A stretch of DNA of 64,000 bases from Candidatus Hydrogenedentota bacterium (GTDB taxonomy: Bacteria > Hydrogenedentota > Hydrogenedentia > Hydrogenedentales > SLHB01): NCBI GenBank assembly GCA_963668025.2, contig CAXXTH010000017.1, positions 192,001 to 256,000 of the forward strand, given 5' to 3'. How positions within the stretch are numbered: position 1 is the stretch's first letter; every line of letters starts with the position of its first letter. Below the pieces are notes generated by a model. It worked only from the letters and a program-made list of their open reading frames with translations. It searched no databases and was not told the origin of the DNA. Below are positions 58,466 to 64,000 of this stretch, piece by piece. A program made the translations under genes and the position numbers.

Positions 58466-58900
58466 CTATTTGCCCATGGGGTGGATGTTGGGGAGCTGCG
58501 CGTCATGGGGGTGGTCCGCCCCTGCATAAACTCGTACGCCCCGAAGGAGTTTCCGGCCCATGCGGTTATGGGGCAACATGCCCTTCACCGCCAACATCAT
58601 GGCCCGAGTTGGATGCTTTTCCATAAGGCCGCTATACGTCCATTCCCGCATGCCGCCTTTATACCCCGAGTGGGAGTAATACTTTTTCTGCTCTTCTTTA
58701 GCGCCCGTAACACGCGCTTTCGCGGCATTAATAATAATGACGTGGTCGCCGCAATCGAGATAGGGCGTAAACTGAGGTTTGTGTTTGCCGCGCAGCAATT
58801 TCGCCGCTTCAGCAGCAACGCGCCCGAGCACTAAGCCTTCCGCATCCAGGATCAACCACTTTTTTGTTATATCTCCCTCTTTGGGGACGTATGTCTTCAC
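58466..58900 (-). CDS. rplM: 50S ribosomal protein L13
   Basis: LRGKHKPQFTP..DCGD, HSGYKGG and VKGMLP motifs. Confidence 0.99.
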   Translation of the reverse strand: MKTYVPKEGDITKKWLILDAEGLVLGRVAAEAAKLLRGKHKPQFTPYLDCGDHVIIINAAKARVTGAKEEQKKYYSHSGYKGGMREWTYSGLMEKHPTRAMMLAVKGMLPHNRMGRKLLRGVRVYAGADHPHDAQLPNIHPMGK

Positions 58901-58968
58901 CGTTTCCTACCTCCGGCACGCAGTTTCGCGGGCGCAATAAACACTTCTTCCTAGAGATGAGCCGCGAA

Positions 58969-58997
58969 AGGATACCAAACGCCTGCAAGAATGTCAA
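58969..58997 (-). promoter_or_regulatory. Sigma70 promoter of rplM-rpsI
   Basis: Minus strand TTGACA-17 bp-TATCCT. Confidence 0.7.
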
Positions 58998-59191
58998 GCG
59001 CGCTAGATTCATAAAAACTAGCCTGTCTTTTCCCTCAAACCGCCCAAAAGATAACAACTACGGAAATTATACATCCAAATGAGGCATAATAAAAACCATG
59101 AGGCCGGAGCCATGCCTCCCGGATTGTAGCGCATGGGTGCAACAGCCCTTTGAGCATGGCTGCCCGAGCCGATGAGGAATGCGGGCGTTTC

Positions 59192-60397
59192 ATGGATGCC
59201 GTTCAGGGAAAACAAGCGCCAATGCCGTCAAACGCGCATGGGTTGCCAGATAGGATTGCCGTCGCTGGCGGTTGGGGCTACATTGGCCGGAAAGTAGTGA
59301 ATGCCGCTCTCGAGCTGGGCATCGAAGTCTGCGTGCTGGACCCTGCCCCTTTTCCCGAGGAATTGCATGGCGTATATGGCTTGCGCATATACAAAGACCC
59401 AGAAGCCTTCTATGCGCTTCCCGCTGGATTTTTTCATCTGGCCTTGCATCCGCACATGCGCGCGGCCGCTCTCGAGCATCTATTCAAGCGGGCTGCTCGA
59501 GGCGAGGCGGTTTATGTACTCAACGAAAAACCAATGACGGCCCCAGAGACGCCGTGGGAATGCCATGAACTCATCAAGCTGGCCGAAGCGTCCCGCATAT
59601 ACATGGCGTTTGATTTTCTCGAACTCTTTGATCCGATGACGCAACACATCATGGATTACTTGTCCGGCTTTAATCAGGTGCAGTTTACCCGCATCTCGCT
59701 GCACCGCTCGAAAGACCGGGAGAATCCAGATAATCCCCGAAATTATAAAGTCATCACCCCCATCCCATATCAAGAAACGGTCCACGACTTTGCATTCCTA
59801 TTGGCCATTCTGGGCCATACGCATCCAGGCGGCCTCCCGGCGGTGCTTGAGCAGCCGCTCTCGCTGCAAGGAAAATCCGAACCGTACATCCCGCCTAATC
59901 CCGCTGATTATCCCTACATGGTGGATGGGCGCACGGAGGGATGCATGGCCCTGGGCAAGGCCAAGGCCCATTTCTACACCGATTTTAAGGCGGGCGCTCC
60001 GTTCCAAAAAACAAAAATACTCGAAGGCATGGCCGACAACACGCCGTTCCGCATCGAAGCGAATTATCTAGAAGGCGCCAAATACCTTCGCATCAACAGC
60101 GAAGACCAAGGCTTCGCCCCGGATAGCAATACATACCAAGCCATCATTCGCCAGCTCTGGCGCTGGCGGAACCGGCTCCAGTGGGAAACATTCACCCATG
60201 GGCTATATCCCAATATGGCTTTCGCGCGCTGGACTTATCTGCTCTCCGCCGCACTTTGGGACGCCTGCCATTCGCATCAAACCGTGCTGATACCTGGCAA
60301 AAACGCACTCTTGTCTTATGCGCCGTCCTTTCCCGCCGCTGTACGGAAACTGCCCGCCTACGCCGCAAGAACGCGCCAGGAGATGCCCGCGGGCTGA
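59192..60397 (+). CDS. Gfo/Idh/MocA-like NAD(P)-dependent oxidoreductase
   Basis: IAVAGGWGYIG Rossmann motif, NEKP and ETVHD. Start is uncertain. Confidence 0.72.
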   Translation: MDAVQGKQAPMPSNAHGLPDRIAVAGGWGYIGRKVVNAALELGIEVCVLDPAPFPEELHGVYGLRIYKDPEAFYALPAGFFHLALHPHMRAAALEHLFKRAARGEAVYVLNEKPMTAPETPWECHELIKLAEASRIYMAFDFLELFDPMTQHIMDYLSGFNQVQFTRISLHRSKDRENPDNPRNYKVITPIPYQETVHDFAFLLAILGHTHPGGLPAVLEQPLSLQGKSEPYIPPNPADYPYMVDGRTEGCMALGKAKAHFYTDFKAGAPFQKTKILEGMADNTPFRIEANYLEGAKYLRINSEDQGFAPDSNTYQAIIRQLWRWRNRLQWETFTHGLYPNMAFARWTYLLSAALWDACHSHQTVLIPGKNALLSYAPSFPAAVRKLPAYAARTRQEMPAG

Positions 60398-60406
60398 AAG
60401 CGCCCG

Positions 60407-61357
60407 TTATGCCTTGCGCTTATCCCGCCGATCAGCAGGCGCGCCGCCTTCCCCCCGCACGCCAGCCAGAAAATCCCATATCCCGCGGATAAATGCCTTG
60501 TGGGCGGGCCAATTGGCGAATCCATATGCGCGCACTTGCCAGTACAGCGTGCGCATGTAATGCAGCGAATGCCGGAGAATGCCTAGCGGTTTTCCATAAC
60601 GGAAAAGGCAGATCAAACGGTTGCGGGTGAAAAAATAAGTGATGAAGGGGGAAATATGCCCTGTGGTCTGGCCGTGGGCATGAATGACCTCGGCTTGCCC
60701 CACCGTGAGCAATTTATAACCCTTCCGCAAGAACCGGCAGCATAAGTCGTAGTCCTCCCAATTCGTGAACAGGCGTTCGTCAAAAAGCCCCACTTCCCGA
60801 AGCGCCTCGGGCCGGAACATCACCGCGCACGCGGGGGCGAAACCCGTTTCTACCGTGGCCCGGTATTCCTCCGTGAGCAGTTCGCCTTCGTGCAAGTGGG
60901 AATGATAGGCGCAATCCGGGACGATCACGCCCGAGTGGAAATCCATGCGCTTTTCCTCACCCGGACGCAACAGCACGGCGGAGGCCATCGCGGCATCGGG
61001 CCTTTGTTCCATGGCATCCGTGAGATGCTGGATGGCGTCCGCATGCACGATGGTGTCGTTATTCAGCAGGAAGACATAATCCGCTCCCATATCGAGGGCG
61101 CGCTCGATGCCGCGATTGCATCCGCCGGTAAAGCCATAATTGCGGTCGAGCTGGACCGTCTCGATATGCGGAAACCGTTTTTTAAGCATTTGGCAAGAAG
61201 GCGGATTGGTGCCATTGTCCACCACCACGATATCGGCGGCGGGATAATTGCCGGATTCGATGGATTCTATACAGCGGGATGTCATTTCCGTATCATTCCA
61301 GGTGAGAATCACCGCAATGACATAAGGCGCTGTATGGGAAGCCGTATTATCGCGCAT
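60407..61357 (-). CDS. GT2 glycosyltransferase (rhamnosyltransferase-like)
   Basis: ILTWN, VDNG, NYGFTGGCN, LLNND and WEDYDLC motifs. Confidence 0.93.
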   Translation of the reverse strand: MRDNTASHTAPYVIAVILTWNDTEMTSRCIESIESGNYPAADIVVVDNGTNPPSCQMLKKRFPHIETVQLDRNYGFTGGCNRGIERALDMGADYVFLLNNDTIVHADAIQHLTDAMEQRPDAAMASAVLLRPGEEKRMDFHSGVIVPDCAYHSHLHEGELLTEEYRATVETGFAPACAVMFRPEALREVGLFDERLFTNWEDYDLCCRFLRKGYKLLTVGQAEVIHAHGQTTGHISPFITYFFTRNRLICLFRYGKPLGILRHSLHYMRTLYWQVRAYGFANWPAHKAFIRGIWDFLAGVRGEGGAPADRRDKRKA

Positions 61358-61456
61358 GTGGCGAACTCCTACGAGTAATCCTTGCGTAAATGGAAAACCG
61401 CACCAGACATCGCCATAATACCGGCCTCGGCGAAGGCCTGCAAATCCGCCCCGTTT

Positions 61457-61506
61457 CGTAGCATGGGCGTCTCGTCCATGCGCATGGCCGGGACGGCCAT
61501 GCTACG
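61457..61506. repeat. REP-like doublet (CGTAG-type)
   Basis: CGTAGCATGGGCGTCTCGTCCATG CG CATGGCCGGGACGGCCATGCTACG. Confidence 0.7.
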
Positions 61507-61530
61507 GGATCACCCCCAGGGCTTACGCAT

Positions 61531-62688
61531 CTAAATTCCCAGTAAACGTAGAAGGTATTCGGGGTCGAGTGCAGCAGCGAAGCGCTTGCCCCTGAGGAAA
61601 TCTTTGTTGGTCTTGTCTTTCTTGAGGAGGTTGAGTGTAATTCTCCTCAAGGAGGCGAGATTCTGGGCGGCGTTTCTTGTTCGGGCGCGGTTGTCGTCTT
61701 CGCGAAAGATAATGTCTAGGCACCAGTGCAAATTGTTTTCCACGCCCCAGTGTCCACGCACGGCGTGGGCGAATCGTCGTGCGTCGAGGGGCAGGCTGCT
61801 CAAGTAGTAGCGCCGCTCGATGGTGTTCTTCCCTTTTTCCTTGCGGATGGACTCGACCATGCCGAAACTCTTGAGGCCCTTCCAAAGTCCTTTGTCCTCG
61901 AACCAGCCCAAGTCGGTGGATTGCCAGTATCGGCGGGTTTCGATGCGGCCATGCCCCTTGTCGATGGTCTGGTGGAAATCCATCCGTGTGGCGTCGGCTG
62001 TTGGCGCGCACTGGGTGGCGCAAGGGGGAACGGCGTCCTTGAAAAAGGCCTTCACTTCTTCTAGGGCGGTGGCGTGGTTGCCTTTGAGGGCCAGCACGTA
62101 GTCGGCCTGCCGTTGGATAATGTGGGAGGCGATATCCTTCTGGCAGCCCATGGCGTCCAGGGTGACGATGGCTCCCTTGAGCTTTAAGGCGTTGAGGAGT
62201 TTGGGGACGGCGGTGATTTCGTTGGATTTCTCGTCCACCTTGACCTGCCCCAGCGCCAGGCCGTGCTCGCAAGCCCATGCGCTGACGATGTAGGGGATGG
62301 CCTCCCCCTGATTCAAGGCGCGCCGCAGGGCTTTGCCGTCAATGGCGGCGACCTCATCGCTTAGATTGGGGCAAATGCCCTGCACCCATTGGCCGAAGCA
62401 TTCCAGAAAGGCATGGGGGTCGAGGGCGGAAAAGACCCGGTTGAAGGTGTCGTGCGAGGGGATGCCGCCGGGCAATTCCAGGAAGCCCTTCAGCCAATCC
62501 TCCCGGAGCCAGCCGAAGCGCTCCATATCCGAAAAGCTCTCTCCGCCCACGAGGGCTGAGCATAGCCCAATCACCAAGATGTCAATGAAGTTGTGCCTGC
62601 GGGTTCGGTCCATGCGGGGATCGGGCAGGCCCGCGAAACACTCGATGATAGGCTTGGGCTTGGGCAGGGATTTCTTTTCAGCGGTCAT
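61531..62688 (-). CDS. ISAs1-family transposase
   Basis: 385 aa; differs from copy 1 at two residues (R/W, L/P). Confidence 0.97.
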   Translation of the reverse strand: MTAEKKSLPKPKPIIECFAGLPDPRMDRTRRHNFIDILVIGLCSALVGGESFSDMERFGWLREDWLKGFLELPGGIPSHDTFNRVFSALDPHAFLECFGQWVQGICPNLSDEVAAIDGKALRRALNQGEAIPYIVSAWACEHGLALGQVKVDEKSNEITAVPKLLNALKLKGAIVTLDAMGCQKDIASHIIQRQADYVLALKGNHATALEEVKAFFKDAVPPCATQCAPTADATRMDFHQTIDKGHGRIETRRYWQSTDLGWFEDKGLWKGLKSFGMVESIRKEKGKNTIERRYYLSSLPLDARRFAHAVRGHWGVENNLHWCLDIIFREDDNRARTRNAAQNLASLRRITLNLLKKDKTNKDFLRGKRFAAALDPEYLLRLLGI

Positions 62689-62759
62689 GGGGTGCTCCTT
62701 TCATTCATGCGCCGAAGCACTGTTGACTCTAGTATATAGAATTCTATATATTAAAATCC

Positions 62760-63059
62760 ATGAAGCACACCAAAAAGATGCAAGCATTGCTGGAGCGCAT
62801 GGCGCAGATTGAGCGGATGGAGCGCGGAAAGCTCTGTCAAATGGGCGGGCGTCCCCACTTTAACCACCAGAGCTGGGAGAACGAGAAGAACGTGGTTCGC
62901 TATGTGCCGGCGCGCGAAACCGAGTTCCTAAAAGAGGCCATCAATGGCTACCAGGCTTTCATGAAGCTGGCTGAACGCTACGTGGACGAAGTCGTCAAGC
63001 AAACCCGCCGTGAGCGCGCAAAGACCTTCCCCCAAGCGAAAAATCCCAGGCCACGTTGA
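62760..63059 (+). CDS. IS accessory protein, DUF6788-like
   Basis: Protein identical to 44855-45154. Confidence 0.75.
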   Translation: MKHTKKMQALLERMAQIERMERGKLCQMGGRPHFNHQSWENEKNVVRYVPARETEFLKEAINGYQAFMKLAERYVDEVVKQTRRERAKTFPQAKNPRPR

Positions 63060-63175
63060 CAGAAAAAATCATGCACAACAGGATAAATCGACTCTTGAGC
63101 ACTATTAGATGCGTAAGCCCTGGGATTCAAGAGATGATGCTTCACTTTGCTTCGTTTATTGCTTATACTGCACGT

Positions 63176-64000
63176 ATGGATACTTTGCAAATACTACGCC
63201 AAACGCTTGCCGCGGAGCGGGAAGCCATAGAAATCATCGAGCAAAAAGTAGGCGGGGAGGCGGTTCGCGCCGTCGAGTTGTTTTTGCAATGCCAAGGCCA
63301 TGTGGTCATCACCGGCATTGGGAAAACGGGCTTGATAGGCCGCAAAATCGCCGCCACGCTAACGAGCACCGGAACGCCAGCCGTTTTTCTGCATGCGGCG
63401 GAAGCGATTCACGGCGACCTGGGCGTTATCGGCGAGCGGGACGTCATAGTCGTGTTATCCAATAGCGGCGAGTCCGGTGAAATCGTTGCATTACTTCCGC
63501 ATTTACGGAGTTTTGGCGTGCCGATTATCGCCATGACGGGGCACACCGAGTCGACGCTGGCGCGCCAGAGCGATGTGGTGCTGGATGTGGGCGTGCCGAG
63601 CGAGGCGGGGCCTTTGGGCATGGCGCCGACCACCAGCACTACGGCAGCCCTTGCCATGGGTGACGCCCTTGCCATGGCGGCCAAGATCCTCCGGGGATTT
63701 AGCAAAGCCGCCTATGGCCGGTTTCATCCTGGCGGCAGCCTGGGCCGGGCGCTGTTGCGTGTCCGCGATCTCATGCATTCAGGCGGGGCGGTTCCTTTGG
63801 TGCAGCCGGATATGCCATTGCGGGAAGCCATTGTCGTTATGTCAGCCAAACGGCTTGGAGCCGTTTTTGTTGCGGACGACGGCGGGCCTCTGCTAGGGAT
63901 TATCACCGACGGCGATCTGCGCCGGATTTTGCAGCGTGAGGCCGACCCCTTAAACCAATGCGTCTCGGAAGTTATGGTAAGCCAGCCGCAAACCGTTCTA
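63176..64000 (+). CDS. kdsD: KpsF/GutQ arabinose-5-phosphate isomerase (SIS plus CBS), truncated by the window end
   Basis: Read manually: TGIGKTGLIGRKIAAT..STGTP, AIHGDLG, SNSGES, APTTST, FHPGGSLG and GIITDGDLRR. Confidence 0.92.
   Translation, partial: MDTLQILRQTLAAEREAIEIIEQKVGGEAVRAVELFLQCQGHVVITGIGKTGLIGRKIAATLTSTGTPAVFLHAAEAIHGDLGVIGERDVIVVLSNSGESGEIVALLPHLRSFGVPIIAMTGHTESTLARQSDVVLDVGVPSEAGPLGMAPTTSTTAALAMGDALAMAAKILRGFSKAAYGRFHPGGSLGRALLRVRDLMHSGGAVPLVQPDMPLREAIVVMSAKRLGAVFVADDGGPLLGIITDGDLRRILQREADPLNQCVSEVMVSQPQTVL

Larger units (their letters stand above)
61517..63122 (-). mobile_element. ISAs1-family IS, copy 2 (1606 bp, inverted relative to copy 1)
   Basis: Same TIRs and near-identical sequence; flanks GGATCACCCC / GGATTCAAGA do not form a TSD. 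Confidence 0.96.

Noticed and set aside
44792-63122. A completed inversion between the two ISAs1 copies
   Set aside because: Copy 1 retains its perfect TSD, which an inversion with copy 2 would have split.

Overview
GC-rich (about 60%) bacterial chromosome segment; gene style suggests an uncultured PVC-neighbour lineage such as Ca. Hydrogenedentes (inference only). The housekeeping backbone comprises dapF, ddl, aspA, tRNA-Met(CAT), recO-lepA-lepB-lepB-hemW, rplM-rpsI, hsp20 and a partial kdsD/kpsF, plus envelope-glycan genes. Mobile DNA is dense. (1) An ISKra4-like IS splits an AT-rich gene. (2) Four IS copies of three types have CAG(C/G)G termini, and each carries a small accessory ORF (DUF6788-like) behind a TTGACT promoter overlapped by a palindrome; one rewrote the aspA C-terminus and two share overlapping targets. 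(3) A 6-kb integrative, satellite-like element at tRNA-Met carries integrase, HTH genes, a rep-like gene with iterons, a RuvC-like nuclease and Sel1 cargo. (4) Several MITE/REP families occur, including a widespread 9-nt-periodic intergenic repeat. Candidate structured RNAs lie at 15757-15903, 26555-26644 and downstream of hsp20. No CRISPR array or rRNA was seen. All family calls come from motif recognition, not from searches.
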